A stretch of DNA of 64,000 bases, taken from a virus (Duplodnaviria; Heunggongvirae; Uroviricota; Caudoviricetes). The notes beneath the pieces are model-generated. The model worked only from the letters and a program-made list of their open reading frames with translations, had not been told where the DNA came from and did not search any database. Positions 18,816 to 29,079 of the stretch are shown here, one piece after another (positions within the stretch are counted from its first letter, which is position 1; every line of letters begins with the position of its first letter). The translations under genes were made by a program, and so were the position numbers. The stretch covers positions 358,151-422,150 of IMG/VR virus record IMGVR_UViG_3300028914_000001; one strand, given 5' to 3'.

Positions 18816-19613
18816 ATGGAAGAAAAAGTTCCTAACCTATATGAGTTGAGCGAAATCCTGTGGAGCGCCTTCCGAGACATATATTTCGAGGAGGAAGGCC
18901 ACCGTTATACCGATTCCGAGGGTAACGTGTACAAGTCTGTATCTACGGTCATCGAGGAGCATCATGACGAGTTCAATGAAAAAGAAGTCGCTCCCCACAC
19001 GGCAGCGAAAATGACTAGGGAACTCAAGCGGGTCGTGACTACGAAAGAAGTGCTGGACATGTGGCACGACAAGAACAACTACGGGAAGGATATCGGGCAC
19101 GAGGTTCACAGCGTAATGGAAAACCTGTGGGCGAGAAAGTCCTATTTCCATAAGTTTAAAAAACGTTACAAGTACGACGATATCCAGGCTGATTTTGAAA
19201 GGCGTATACCAAAATGTAAAACTTTATTTTCAAAACTGGCTGAAAGGTATGTTCCCATCAGGACTGAGCTTCCTGTTTACGACAAGAAGCACCTCATTTG
19301 TGGAACCATGGATATCCTCTTATATGACAAGCAGACGGGAAAGCTTGTAATAGGTGACTGGAAAACGAATTCACACCTTGATTTTGAACCGAAGCCGTAT
19401 ACAACCCCGATGTATTCTCCGTTCGAAAACTTCTATGACATAAACTATCATCACTACTGCATACAGCTTAGCATGTACAAGGCGATACTTGAACTGAATA
19501 CACCCCTGAAAGTCGGGGCAATGTGGATATGCCACATTCCTGCCGAGGGGGAAGCCAAGCCGTATGGAATCATAGATGTGTCAGATGTAATCAAGAGGAC
19601 TATACTCGCATGA
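18816..19613 (+). CDS. PD-(D/E)XK exonuclease (RecB/Cas4-like superfamily)
   Basis: G-x-EVH, E, CGTMD, IGDWKT, QLSMY motifs. Confidence 0.85.
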   Translation: MEEKVPNLYELSEILWSAFRDIYFEEEGHRYTDSEGNVYKSVSTVIEEHHDEFNEKEVAPHTAAKMTRELKRVVTTKEVLDMWHDKNNYGKDIGHEVHSVMENLWARKSYFHKFKKRYKYDDIQADFERRIPKCKTLFSKLAERYVPIRTELPVYDKKHLICGTMDILLYDKQTGKLVIGDWKTNSHLDFEPKPYTTPMYSPFENFYDINYHHYCIQLSMYKAILELNTPLKVGAMWICHIPAEGEAKPYGIIDVSDVIKRTILA

Positions 19614-20095
19614 CTTTCGACGAAATAGACAGGATGCTGCTAGGATGCGGATTATCGAAAAACGTTGTAAAGACTTGGAAAGACTCCAAATCCAGCGCTT
19701 TCTATATCCCGTCCGCATGTAAATACGATGACGCAGCTTTCCTTGCTAAGATGTCGCAGACTTGTGTCGCCATGCTTACTGACACGACGCTTCGCCTATA
19801 CCCGTTCTACTCTCCAGAGGAAATCAACAAGCTGTCGTTCACCGACAGTAGTTCCTTCCTCAGCAATATCAATTTTGACAAGCTTGATGATACCCCTCAG
19901 GCAAAAATTGTAGTTGAATTTTATGAAAAATATGCAAATAACCCCATGTTGAACCGTGTAGACAACAAGGTAACGGTCAACTCAGTGTCAATCAACGACG
20001 TAAAGGCGGGTTTTAAAGTATTCGTTGTTGACATGCTTACTATGCAGCGTAAACTTAGGCAAATGAAGGCTGACAGGATACTTGCGGACTTTTAA
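19610..20095 (+). CDS. hypothetical protein
   Basis: ATGA overlap with the nuclease gene. Confidence 0.65.
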   Translation: MTFDEIDRMLLGCGLSKNVVKTWKDSKSSAFYIPSACKYDDAAFLAKMSQTCVAMLTDTTLRLYPFYSPEEINKLSFTDSSSFLSNINFDKLDDTPQAKIVVEFYEKYANNPMLNRVDNKVTVNSVSINDVKAGFKVFVVDMLTMQRKLRQMKADRILADF

Positions 20096-20112
20096 TTTTA
20101 GCCATTAGTTAT

Positions 20113-20496
20113 ATGAGTAAAAACGAAACAGAAAAACAATATTCACCAATCGTAAAGGAAGAACCCTGGTTTCTTCAAGAGGCTCTAACCATAGGTCTTA
20201 AACTTCTTCATAAAAAGACAGAAGACTGTGCCCCCAATGAGGTCGTGTATGTATTCATACACCGATTCGTAATAGTACGGATAAGGGTAAAGTTTGATAA
20301 GGCCAGCGGAATATTGAGCACTGGACATGTCGAACAGATTGGCCGTTTGCATTACAAGGAAGGCGAATTTTCTTTCGATGCCCGTCCAAAGGATGGGTTG
20401 CTATTCGCCGTTCAAGACGAAAGGAATACAATCGACAGTTTTCTTTCTATTTTGAATGTGAAGTTGCTCGAACCCGAGGTAAATAATGTATTTTAA
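20113..20496 (+). CDS. hypothetical protein
   Basis: operon packing. Confidence 0.65.
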   Translation: MSKNETEKQYSPIVKEEPWFLQEALTIGLKLLHKKTEDCAPNEVVYVFIHRFVIVRIRVKFDKASGILSTGHVEQIGRLHYKEGEFSFDARPKDGLLFAVQDERNTIDSFLSILNVKLLEPEVNNVF

Positions 20497-20529
20497 CTAC
20501 GCTACGGCGTAACAACCCAGAGGTATTTT

Positions 20530-21084
20530 ATGCAGGACCCGATTCTTGAATTTCTTAGTCAACTTCCAGGTGTAACCAAGGTGACCCCTATGGATTACCG
20601 CCAATACCGCCGCATGAACGCTGATTTGGCACAAAGGCGTGTAAACCCGGAAACCCCCAATGCCGCCACATCCAATCAGGAAATGGCGAATAAAATCAAC
20701 GAGCTGTACAACGAACTCAACCAGAAGGAGAGGGACTTGGGTGAAACCCGCAAGGCGCTCAGAAGCTTGCAGGAAACCCTCCTTGATTTTCGTCGTCGTG
20801 CAGAACATGCTGAACAGGATGCTGCAACCGCCCGTAAAAGTTACAATGAGCTTTCCGCCGAGTATAACAAACTGCTCGATAGCCACCGTGCAGTGAAGGC
20901 CGCCCTCAGAGCCGCAAAGAACCAGACAGTCTACACGGCTTCCAACCATCCCCCTGTCGCAAGTGTCGACTTCGCCTTCCCTGGCACCAAGGATAAAACT
21001 GCGGTGTCCACCCCAGAGGTCGATGCAATCGACCTCCCGCTGTCAGCAGCAGAAAATATCATCGACACATTGCTGAGGGGATAA
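20530..21084 (+). CDS. coiled-coil hypothetical protein
   Basis: heptad-rich central region. Confidence 0.7.
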   Translation: MQDPILEFLSQLPGVTKVTPMDYRQYRRMNADLAQRRVNPETPNAATSNQEMANKINELYNELNQKERDLGETRKALRSLQETLLDFRRRAEHAEQDAATARKSYNELSAEYNKLLDSHRAVKAALRAAKNQTVYTASNHPPVASVDFAFPGTKDKTAVSTPEVDAIDLPLSAAENIIDTLLRG

Positions 21085-21575
21085 TGGATATATCCAAGTT
21101 TCGTAACGAGGAAGGGATAATCACCACGGAGACCTACAACAGGCTCTACAACGAGTACAAGGAAAAGTGCGACAAGATTATACCCCTTGGTGAAAAGTAT
21201 GTCCTGAACAAGGCTGGGACCATCGGGGATGTAACACTCGCCGAAGGCGCCACCTTCGTAATCGAGCTTGCATACACTGTTGCATACACCCCGCAAATCA
21301 ACAGGATTGACCTCGTGGTTTCGTTCGAAAATGGGGAGTGCGCCGTGTTCGATGACATCGACGAACTGCTCTCCGTTCTCAAGACGCTTGATTTTTCGGT
21401 TTACAAGAAGGAGCTTGTCGAAAAGCTCGACTTCCTCAGGGAAGAGACAATCAAGCTGTTCCGCATGATGCAGGCTAACGATGTCGAACTCCTTCTCGAA
21501 CTGAAAGGGGTATTCCGCAAAATCGAAAAATATGCAGTTGACGCAGATTATTCAGTCAAGATAAAAGATAGGTAA
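21084..21575 (+). CDS. hypothetical protein
   Basis: TAATG coupling. Confidence 0.7.
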   Translation: MDISKFRNEEGIITTETYNRLYNEYKEKCDKIIPLGEKYVLNKAGTIGDVTLAEGATFVIELAYTVAYTPQINRIDLVVSFENGECAVFDDIDELLSVLKTLDFSVYKKELVEKLDFLREETIKLFRMMQANDVELLLELKGVFRKIEKYAVDADYSVKIKDR

Positions 21576-21579
21576 CGCT

Positions 21580-22086
21580 ATGCTAGTTAATAAAATTTTG
21601 AAGCTTTGCAAGGATTGCGGGCTTGAGAATGACCCGGTGAAAGCCGCTGCTGACATGGGCACTTCCATGCCGATTAAGAACGGAAAGTGGAGTGAGAAGG
21701 TATTCTTCGACGGTGAATCCGGGTATGCCATGTGCCTTACGGAGAAACATGTTCCAGCCAAGTATTATGACCGTGGCGGAAACGAAATACTCTACATGGA
21801 CACGTTCACATCGGACAAGGAGGGTACATTCGTCAAGAACCTGACGCTGTTCCTCCCGATGCTGAATCGAAGCGGAAAACTTGTGTTCGTGAAACGGGCC
21901 GTCGCATCTGAAATCTATCAAAAAGAATTGATTTTGAATGGGCTCGAAGAATCGTTCATTCTCGGCGAGGACTCGTACGAATCTTTCGTTCCTGAAATTC
22001 AGGTTCCCGAATGCGAGGACGCCGTCGTCGATATCATCAAGAAATACATCACCAATGTCGCTGCCGTATGCCGCACTTTGGTATAA
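21580..22086 (+). CDS. hypothetical protein
   Basis: operon packing. Confidence 0.7.
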   Translation: MLVNKILKLCKDCGLENDPVKAAADMGTSMPIKNGKWSEKVFFDGESGYAMCLTEKHVPAKYYDRGGNEILYMDTFTSDKEGTFVKNLTLFLPMLNRSGKLVFVKRAVASEIYQKELILNGLEESFILGEDSYESFVPEIQVPECEDAVVDIIKKYITNVAAVCRTLV

Positions 22087-22089
22087 ACT
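22082..22089 (+). promoter_or_regulatory. putative late promoter TATAAACT
   Basis: 25 nt upstream of ATG 22115. Confidence 0.6.
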
Positions 22090-22114
22090 GTAGAAGAATT
22101 AACGAGGTCTATAT

Positions 22115-25042
22115 ATGAGAATGTATACCAAGCAAGAAATGGCAGAAATCGAGGCCGAACTCGCCCACATGAAAACTGCTGCGTCAGACTCAAAATCACC
22201 CGTCGCTGTATTTATGCCGATTATAAATAGTTTCGACTGGGTACCAGTTCGTGAAGGCGAGACTAACACAATAGTTCTCGCATCAAATTACGGCGATGAT
22301 ATTGACAACGGTTGTATCATCTACAATCCTGAATTTATTCACCAGTTGGCTATGGACGACGATACTGTTACGTTCTTTGCTATCATCGCAACGATGGGGC
22401 TTGGCGTAAAGTGCGGATACTATGATTATCGTAACGGCGATGGCGAAGCCCATACGAAGGCCGTGCAAATCATGATGGCCAATTCAGGCATTTTCAACAC
22501 GCTAATGACTGGTAGTTCGGTCTTCAAGGAGAGGGTTGCTGCATTGCAGGCGTTGTATTCCAACCCGGCGACTATGCAGAAAGTCGAGGAAGTGTGCGAA
22601 AGCCTCGATAAAGAGCTTACTGACGATGACATGAACTTGGAAACAATCCGAAGATATATCATGCTGTACCAGCAGAATATCTCCGAACAGCTTCCTCCGG
22701 CATTTGGAGGAATGACTGCGCAAGATAATAAGCCGCAACAAGGTCAGCAAGGACAGGGCCAAGGTCAGCAACAGCAGGGCCAAGGTCAGCAAGGGCAGTC
22801 TCAGGACCAACAAGGTCAAAACCAGCCAGGTCAGAGCAGTTCTAAAACGAAAAGCCAGTTAGGTGCGGCTCTTCAAAAGTATAAGCAATCCCAAGGTCAG
22901 CAAGGGCAGGGTCAAGGTCAGCAACAGCAGGGCCAAGGTCAGCAAGGACAGTCTCAGGGCCAGCAAGGTCAAAACCAGCAAGGTCAAGGCCAGTCGGGTG
23001 GACAACAGGATAACCCACAAGATATTGCAAACCAGGGTAAAACCGACAGTAAGAATGCAAATTCTGCTGCTAGAAAGTGTTCAAGGGTATGTGGAAACTC
23101 TGCTGAGGCTCAGGAGGCTGCATCTGAAATGCAAAGTGCGGCCAAGGAAATGAAGAGTGCGTCTGAAGAGTATGAACGGGCTGCCAATGAAGGAAAGCAG
23201 CAAGAAATGCAGAATGCTGCAAATAAGATGCAAGAGGCTTCAAGTAAAATGCAGCAGGCTGCACAGAAGATGAAGCAAGCAATGGAAAATGCTGGAGTGG
23301 ACCCGTCCGACGATGACGATGCACAGGACATGCAGGATGCTGTATCATCTGCACAGCAATCTGCACAGAAGGCAAGTGAAAATGCTAAACAGGGTTCCAA
23401 CGGGCAACAGGGTTCTGATTCATCCGACGGTTCTGATGGTTCTGATGGTTCTGATGGTTCCGACGATTCTGACGATTTTGGTGGTTCTGACGGTTCTGAT
23501 GGTTCCGACGATTCTGACGATTTTGGTGGTTCCGACGGTTCTGACGGTTCTGACGGTTCCGACGGTTCTGACGGTTCGGAGGGTTCCGATGGTTCCGACG
23601 GTTCTGACGGCTCTGAGGGTTATGGTGGTTCTGAGGGTTTTGGTGGTTCCGAGGGTTTTGGTGGTTCCGGCGGTTTTGGCAAATCGGGTGGTAAGCAAGG
23701 TCCAACAGTTGACCCTGGTCCTGGAACATCTGGCGGCAAGCAAGGCACAACAGTTGAGGTTGGCTATGGTAAAGGCAGTAACCAAGATTCAACAGGTGAG
23801 CAGGGTTTCGATGGTTCTGATGAAGACGGCGAAGACGATAATAACTTCGTTGAACCGGGCCGTTCAGGCAATAAAGTTGACGTTGATAACATCCCCGAGG
23901 ACAGCCAGAGTTCCAATTCAGGTGAGCTTGGCTCCCCAGAGATTGGTAGACTTGCAGGACAAGTCATCAATCTTTCTGGATTCAATAAAAACATCGCACA
24001 GTTCGCTAACGATACCAAGACATTCTCCCAGGTGAAGGAAACTGCTAATATGGCTAATTCCAAGGAAGAGTCTTCATTTATGTACAACCTGCAGAAAGTC
24101 CAGAACCTGATAAATTCAAACATCGAGCTCAAACGGAAAGATGGTAGCGAGGCTGAAAAAGAACAGATGGAAATCCTTAATAAGCTCAGTGATGACCTTA
24201 ATCAAGGAGCAATCCAGTTCGATAAGGGCACGACGTATAAAATTGCAGGTACACTTGTGCATCTTGCTAACAGCGCAAGTAGGGAAACTGACCAGGCTGG
24301 TGATGCTAGAAACCTTCGTGATGTATCTCATAGCGACCTTTTACCGACAAGATTTAACACGTATAACAAAACAATTCCAAGAGTCCTTGTCGCTATTGAC
24401 GCATCATACTCTATGTGGAATAAGAAAAGCATTATTGTTGGTGCAACAGGCCTTCTTTCAAACATTGCCAACCACCTTCCGGGTAAAGCGATGATGTACT
24501 CATTCTGGGATGAAGCATGCGATATACCGTCGTTTTTCAATGCTAAGACGGCAGATAACATGAAGAAGAATCCGGGCAGTATTCAGGTTCAAGGAGTTCC
24601 TAGTCAGCAACTTGTATTGCATACATCTGTTGGTGGTGGCGGAACTAACGTATATAGCGTCGTTGACCGCTTGAGCCCGTATGTTTACCCAAATGAAACT
24701 GACAGTAACGGGGTTATGCTTCCTCCATCTCAGAGAACTAAAAAGTATTCCCCGGATATGAAGAGCAAATATAAGTTGACATATGAAAATGACTACGACT
24801 TAATTATCATTTACAGCGACTTTGAGTTCTATGGAGACGGTAGAATACCTTCGGATTTGGATTCGATAAAGCGTAGATTCGCTCCAATTAACTTGAAAAA
24901 ACTGTGCTGTATATGCTGCTCTCAACGGGGAGAAAGCGATACCCCAGTTATATTCAAAAAAAGTATAAGATATTGGGTTCCATTCACTATGTGGCAAAAA
25001 GAAATTGAAGCCTACGCAATGAGAGACTTGTATGGACATTAG
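22115..25042 (+). CDS. large vWA-domain protein (DUF2201-like) with Q/G and SDG low-complexity linker
   Basis: IIYNPEF near the N-terminus; VAIDASYSM, GGGGT, IYSD at the C-terminus. Confidence 0.85.
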   Translation: MRMYTKQEMAEIEAELAHMKTAASDSKSPVAVFMPIINSFDWVPVREGETNTIVLASNYGDDIDNGCIIYNPEFIHQLAMDDDTVTFFAIIATMGLGVKCGYYDYRNGDGEAHTKAVQIMMANSGIFNTLMTGSSVFKERVAALQALYSNPATMQKVEEVCESLDKELTDDDMNLETIRRYIMLYQQNISEQLPPAFGGMTAQDNKPQQGQQGQGQGQQQQGQGQQGQSQDQQGQNQPGQSSSKTKSQLGAALQKYKQSQGQQGQGQGQQQQGQGQQGQSQGQQGQNQQGQGQSGGQQDNPQDIANQGKTDSKNANSAARKCSRVCGNSAEAQEAASEMQSAAKEMKSASEEYERAANEGKQQEMQNAANKMQEASSKMQQAAQKMKQAMENAGVDPSDDDDAQDMQDAVSSAQQSAQKASENAKQGSNGQQGSDSSDGSDGSDGSDGSDDSDDFGGSDGSDGSDDSDDFGGSDGSDGSDGSDGSDGSEGSDGSDGSDGSEGYGGSEGFGGSEGFGGSGGFGKSGGKQGPTVDPGPGTSGGKQGTTVEVGYGKGSNQDSTGEQGFDGSDEDGEDDNNFVEPGRSGNKVDVDNIPEDSQSSNSGELGSPEIGRLAGQVINLSGFNKNIAQFANDTKTFSQVKETANMANSKEESSFMYNLQKVQNLINSNIELKRKDGSEAEKEQMEILNKLSDDLNQGAIQFDKGTTYKIAGTLVHLANSASRETDQAGDARNLRDVSHSDLLPTRFNTYNKTIPRVLVAIDASYSMWNKKSIIVGATGLLSNIANHLPGKAMMYSFWDEACDIPSFFNAKTADNMKKNPGSIQVQGVPSQQLVLHTSVGGGGTNVYSVVDRLSPYVYPNETDSNGVMLPPSQRTKKYSPDMKSKYKLTYENDYDLIIIYSDFEFYGDGRIPSDLDSIKRRFAPINLKKLCCICCSQRGESDTPVIFKKSIRYWVPFTMWQKEIEAYAMRDLYGH
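22739..22995 (+). repeat. duplicated Gln/Gly-rich coding block (153-bp period)
   Basis: caaggtcagcaa... at 22739 and 22892. Confidence 0.8.
23410..23680 (+). repeat. 9-bp SDG and 18-bp GGSEGF coding tandem repeats
   Basis: ggttc(t/c)ga(c/t) units. Confidence 0.9.
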
Positions 25043-25065
25043 TAATCGATAAATTCATATGAAAA

Positions 25066-25097
25066 TAAATCCCGCCCTCAATGAGGACGGGATTTTT
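25066..25097. terminator. bidirectional intrinsic terminator
   Basis: AAATCCCG...CGGGATTTTT. Confidence 0.75.
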
Positions 25098-25120
25098 GTA
25101 TGGAGTCAATATTATTCCAC

Positions 25121-26542
25121 TTACGCTTCACGATTCTGTATTCGAATCTGCTTGGCAAACTGATTCCGTGTAAGTCTGATTGCAGTCTCGCATGGAGTGT
25201 TCTTTAAGTGCAACTTGTGGGACATATCCAGCATTTCACCAAGAAGTGGAGACGGCTTTACACCAAGCTTCATGAAATCGGATGCTGTTGCCTCTGGACG
25301 CTTCATGAGTTCACGGTACTTGTTCAACCTGTCGGCAAGGACTTCATCGTACTTGGAGTAGTCTAGCTTAACACCTCGACCGAAGTGGTCTGCCTTGGCA
25401 AGCAACAACAGGTCTTCCGCATGTTTCGTCTGGTCGAACATGTGGTTGAATGCGTAGTCCGTCGCATCGTTCCCGACATACATGTTCGGACGCATATGCA
25501 GAAGTACGAGGTTCTGAACATACGAACGAATCTCGTTGGAAAGTCTGAGACGGTCCATGAACGCATCGACAAGGGGTTTCGCCGCCTGGTCGTGACCGTA
25601 TGCTACGAGTTTCTGCTTCGCTTCGTTGAAGAACGTCGTAGTTGCCTTCCCGTAGTCATGACAAAGAGCTGCCAACATGAATGCGTAAGGATTTTCAGCA
25701 CGGTCTCTCAACTTTGCTGCTTCATCAATTACGAGCATGGTGTGTTCAAATGCGTTGCCTTCTGGATGGTGAGCTGGCCATTGCGGGGTCTCGATGAGTG
25801 CCGCAAGTTCCGGGAACCAGAAATGGAGGGCGTCCATTTCAAGAAGCTTCCTGAAAAACACCGACGGCTTGTCTGATTTCATCAGGGCCTTGTGCATTTC
25901 GGATTCAACTCGTTCACCAGACAGGTCCATAAGCTTCTCGGAGATTGAGCGGGAGAGGGCGATTGTCTCGGGTGCGATGTCAAAATCGAATCTTGCTGCG
26001 AACTGTGCGGCACGGAAAACACGGAGTGCATCCTCGACATAAGTCTCGTCGCAAACATGACGGATAACCTTGTTTGCAAGGTCGTCACAACCGTGGTGGC
26101 AATCCACGATTTCGTCAGCTTCCACATCGTACATGAGGGAGTTGATGGTGAAGTCCCTTCGACGGCTTGCCTCGTCTACACCCATGAACGGGTCGACTGA
26201 TACGGCAAAGTCGGTGTGCTTGCTACCGATGCAGTGTTCCTTGCGGGGCATTGCGATATCGAAGTCGTAACCCTTGATACCGTACACGCCGAAAGAGGAG
26301 CCCTTCTTCAATGCGGGGCTACCGCTTACCACTAAAAGGATTTTCTCGATTGTTGCGGCATCGAGGCCGTGAATCTCGAAGTCGATGTCCTTGTTTTCCT
26401 TCCCGATGATTGCGTCACGGACAAAACCGCCGACGATATACGTCTTTCCGCCAGCAGATGAAACCGCACTGACAAGTTTCATCATGCAGGAGACGTTTCT
26501 ATCATCATTGTTTTGGTCAAAGTATTTCTTTATGGATGTCAT
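25121..26542 (-). CDS. cca: CCA-adding tRNA nucleotidyltransferase with HD domain
   Basis: VGGFVRD, DIDFE, RRDFTINS, EDALRVFR, HPEG...HT, LCHDYGK. Confidence 0.92.
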   Translation of the reverse strand: MTSIKKYFDQNNDDRNVSCMMKLVSAVSSAGGKTYIVGGFVRDAIIGKENKDIDFEIHGLDAATIEKILLVVSGSPALKKGSSFGVYGIKGYDFDIAMPRKEHCIGSKHTDFAVSVDPFMGVDEASRRRDFTINSLMYDVEADEIVDCHHGCDDLANKVIRHVCDETYVEDALRVFRAAQFAARFDFDIAPETIALSRSISEKLMDLSGERVESEMHKALMKSDKPSVFFRKLLEMDALHFWFPELAALIETPQWPAHHPEGNAFEHTMLVIDEAAKLRDRAENPYAFMLAALCHDYGKATTTFFNEAKQKLVAYGHDQAAKPLVDAFMDRLRLSNEIRSYVQNLVLLHMRPNMYVGNDATDYAFNHMFDQTKHAEDLLLLAKADHFGRGVKLDYSKYDEVLADRLNKYRELMKRPEATASDFMKLGVKPSPLLGEMLDMSHKLHLKNTPCETAIRLTRNQFAKQIRIQNREA

Positions 26543-27228
26543 TTTTCTAATCCTGTAAGTTGTGCGATTTCAGGTTCGTTTCCGTTTTGGTCGGCATTCC
26601 CCATGAGGCACTTGATTCCGAGGTCACGGAGACGGGATTCTGCGTAGGCGTTGACCTCGGTCTTGGCCTTTACCACGATTTTGCCCATTTCCTCCATGAA
26701 GCGGGTACGGAGGAATTCCAGGTTCGCTACGCTGTTTTGACGGAACCACTTCATGTTTTGGAGGAGTTCCTTCATCTGTGTCTTGGACATGGGCTTCCCG
26801 CTGTCGATTGCGTCGGACAGCTGCTTCTCGAAGCGCTTTATGCCGTCGGAGAACTCGTCGAAGTGTTCGTTCGTCGCTTCGAGATAGCTGTCGGCTACGC
26901 TTTCCTCTTCGGGTCTGGACATGCTCTTGCCGCCCACCCTGGTGATGGTGCAGGGCACGCCTTCCGACTGGCCTCCGCAAGTGAGGAACTCTGCCCACTG
27001 CAACGGTGTCATTTCGACCTCGATGTACGGACGGTTGTCTGGCAAGATGCTGGTGTCTGCAGCATCGCCGTGACGAATCACATGTGCCCTGTCGATTCGG
27101 ATGCAGACCGAGTGGCTTGTCTTGATGGCCGAACCGAACATTGGCTGCGGGGCCCCGAAATACGGGCGGCTCCACGATATGGTTCCCATGTAGTCCTTCT
27201 GGGGCAATTCTTCAAAGTTTTTGCTCAT
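26539..27228 (-). CDS. hypothetical phage protein
   Basis: MFGS...IEVEMT-x-QWAE...GVPCTI; ATGA overlap with cca. Confidence 0.75.
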   Translation of the reverse strand: MSKNFEELPQKDYMGTISWSRPYFGAPQPMFGSAIKTSHSVCIRIDRAHVIRHGDAADTSILPDNRPYIEVEMTPLQWAEFLTCGGQSEGVPCTITRVGGKSMSRPEEESVADSYLEATNEHFDEFSDGIKRFEKQLSDAIDSGKPMSKTQMKELLQNMKWFRQNSVANLEFLRTRFMEEMGKIVVKAKTEVNAYAESRLRDLGIKCLMGNADQNGNEPEIAQLTGLEK

Positions 27229-27254
27229 GATTGATTCCTTATCTTTATGTGTAT

Positions 27255-27283
27255 AATATAAATAATTAAATCATTGTTGTCAA
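27255..27283 (-). promoter_or_regulatory. sigma70-like early promoter
   Basis: TTGACA-N17-TATATT. Confidence 0.8.
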
Positions 27284-27304
27284 GGCATTTTTTTGATAAA
27301 TATG

Positions 27305-27328
27305 AAAAAAGCCCCAAATTTGGGGCTT
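27305..27328 (-). terminator. intrinsic terminator
   Basis: AAGCCCCAAATTTGGGGCTTTTTT on the minus strand. Confidence 0.75.
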
Positions 27329-27349
27329 AAATTAAATTGATTTGTATAT

Positions 27350-29044
27350 TTATTCGAAATCGTCCGGGAAATCTTCAATTCCATTCAAGATGTCGTCCCT
27401 TCTTTCACGTTCCTCGTCGGTCAATACATGTCCGTCTGCCGTTCTTCCGTTCAGTGCGAGGTGGAGATTGTTGAACGCATTGCTCACATCTTCCTTTGTG
27501 TACACACTTCCCTTCATTTTCGGAGCAACCGTGCTTGCACGGGCATTCAATTCGGCCATTCTGTTCTTGTAGTGCTCCGTGTTGTCGTTTGTTGGGTCAT
27601 CTGGATTGGCAAGCAGATTGTATATTTTGTTACGTGAGTATTCGGCATCAAGGTCATCGAAGTTGCCTTCTCCCACCGTTCGACGAGCGTCTGCTAATGC
27701 GTTTGATTCAATCATGAATGCTGATGCCGAGTTCTGCCAATCGGATACCGCATTGTATGCGACTTGGGGAAGTTCCGAACCTTTCACTTCGGGTATAGTG
27801 TATTCACCGTAATCTCCTGGGTTTATCCCACGGCCATGCAGAAGATAGGTGTAATCTACAAGTGCTTCTATTTCAGAACGGTCATCATATAACGGGTTGT
27901 CTGATGAAATTGGCAATGGTGCAACATTGACATCACAACGCAAACTGTCGAGAGGTCCCTCGATGCCATCGTAACCTATGCTTGGGGTGATGGTAAGAAC
28001 TTCCTTCATGGATGCGGTGTGTATGCACGAAACCTTCTCTTCCTTTTCGTTATAGGTTACAGAAAAGACTGCGTCTGTTTTCTTGCTTTTGAACTTTTCT
28101 TTGAGTTTTGTCCTAAGGAATACAGTCAATGCCTTGAACAAGTCATTATAGGTATGGTTATTAAGTGCATTGCGTACGGCATTATTATCGTTCATGTCAT
28201 CTTTAATAGTATTGTCGGTTTTTTCAGATGCTTGACCGAGAATATTGCTGATATCGTCGATAGATACATCCCGTATCTCATCTTCGGTAAATATTGGTTG
28301 CTCATCGCCGTTCTTGTCTTTATACTTTGTGTTGCAAATCTTTAATTTTAGTTTCTCTTTTAGAATATTTGTTGCGTCGGTTTGGTTCGTCGGAAGGTTG
28401 CAAATGTTTGATATGATGGTCTTCTCTAGAGAAGTGTTTCCCGTAAGTCTTGATTCAAGAGTGCTGCAAAGAGTTTCGATGCTATCGTTGTCAGCTTGTG
28501 CCTTTGGGAAAAGCTTGTACACCTTACCGCCAAGCTTATATCTTGTTTTGCAAATTTCATCCCTGAGCATGTCGGCCAGTGTTGCGGCGTCCTCATTGCA
28601 CATATCTAATACTTCAGTACGCATTTCGTCTTCGGTATCGCACATTGCCAGGTCATCACTGAACACCCGTATTGCTATATCAACTAGCGGGTCTATAGAT
28701 TCCCATCCGCCTGTCGGTTCGATTAGCTTGCTGAGGTCGGACAGTGCCTGTTGCCATATTCTCTTTGTATTCGAGCGTTCATCTTTTGTAAAGTCGAAAT
28801 ATGGCCTGTAATACTTGTAAGCAATGGTCCAAAGGCTGTTCGGCATTGGGTCTTTGAGCTGTTTAAGTTCGGAAAGTGCCTGTTGCCATACTCGGAAAAG
28901 ACCGTAATCGACATCCGGGGTAGAAATATGTTTTGCACCCAGTTGGTCGAGCGGGATGCTACGCTTACGTGAAATGTCATTAAGACTGTCTTTTGTAGTC
29001 TTGATGAACGATGCAAACTGTTCATTGAGGTCTTGATTTTCCAT
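27350..29044 (-). CDS. late hypothetical protein with an internal 44-aa-period duplication
   Basis: WQQALS(E/D)L occurs twice; agtgcctgttgccata at 28743 and 28875. Confidence 0.75.
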   Translation of the reverse strand: MENQDLNEQFASFIKTTKDSLNDISRKRSIPLDQLGAKHISTPDVDYGLFRVWQQALSELKQLKDPMPNSLWTIAYKYYRPYFDFTKDERSNTKRIWQQALSDLSKLIEPTGGWESIDPLVDIAIRVFSDDLAMCDTEDEMRTEVLDMCNEDAATLADMLRDEICKTRYKLGGKVYKLFPKAQADNDSIETLCSTLESRLTGNTSLEKTIISNICNLPTNQTDATNILKEKLKLKICNTKYKDKNGDEQPIFTEDEIRDVSIDDISNILGQASEKTDNTIKDDMNDNNAVRNALNNHTYNDLFKALTVFLRTKLKEKFKSKKTDAVFSVTYNEKEEKVSCIHTASMKEVLTITPSIGYDGIEGPLDSLRCDVNVAPLPISSDNPLYDDRSEIEALVDYTYLLHGRGINPGDYGEYTIPEVKGSELPQVAYNAVSDWQNSASAFMIESNALADARRTVGEGNFDDLDAEYSRNKIYNLLANPDDPTNDNTEHYKNRMAELNARASTVAPKMKGSVYTKEDVSNAFNNLHLALNGRTADGHVLTDEERERRDDILNGIEDFPDDFE

Positions 29045-29071
29045 GATTAAACCTGTCCTTCTTTCTAGTAT

Positions 29072-29079
29072 AGTTTATA
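29072..29079 (-). promoter_or_regulatory. putative late promoter TATAAACT
   Basis: 27 nt upstream of ATG 29044. Confidence 0.65.

Noticed and set aside
18816-19613. Cas4 as part of a CRISPR system
   Set aside because: No four-Cys Fe-S cluster pattern and no cas context; it is an ordinary phage PD-(D/E)XK nuclease
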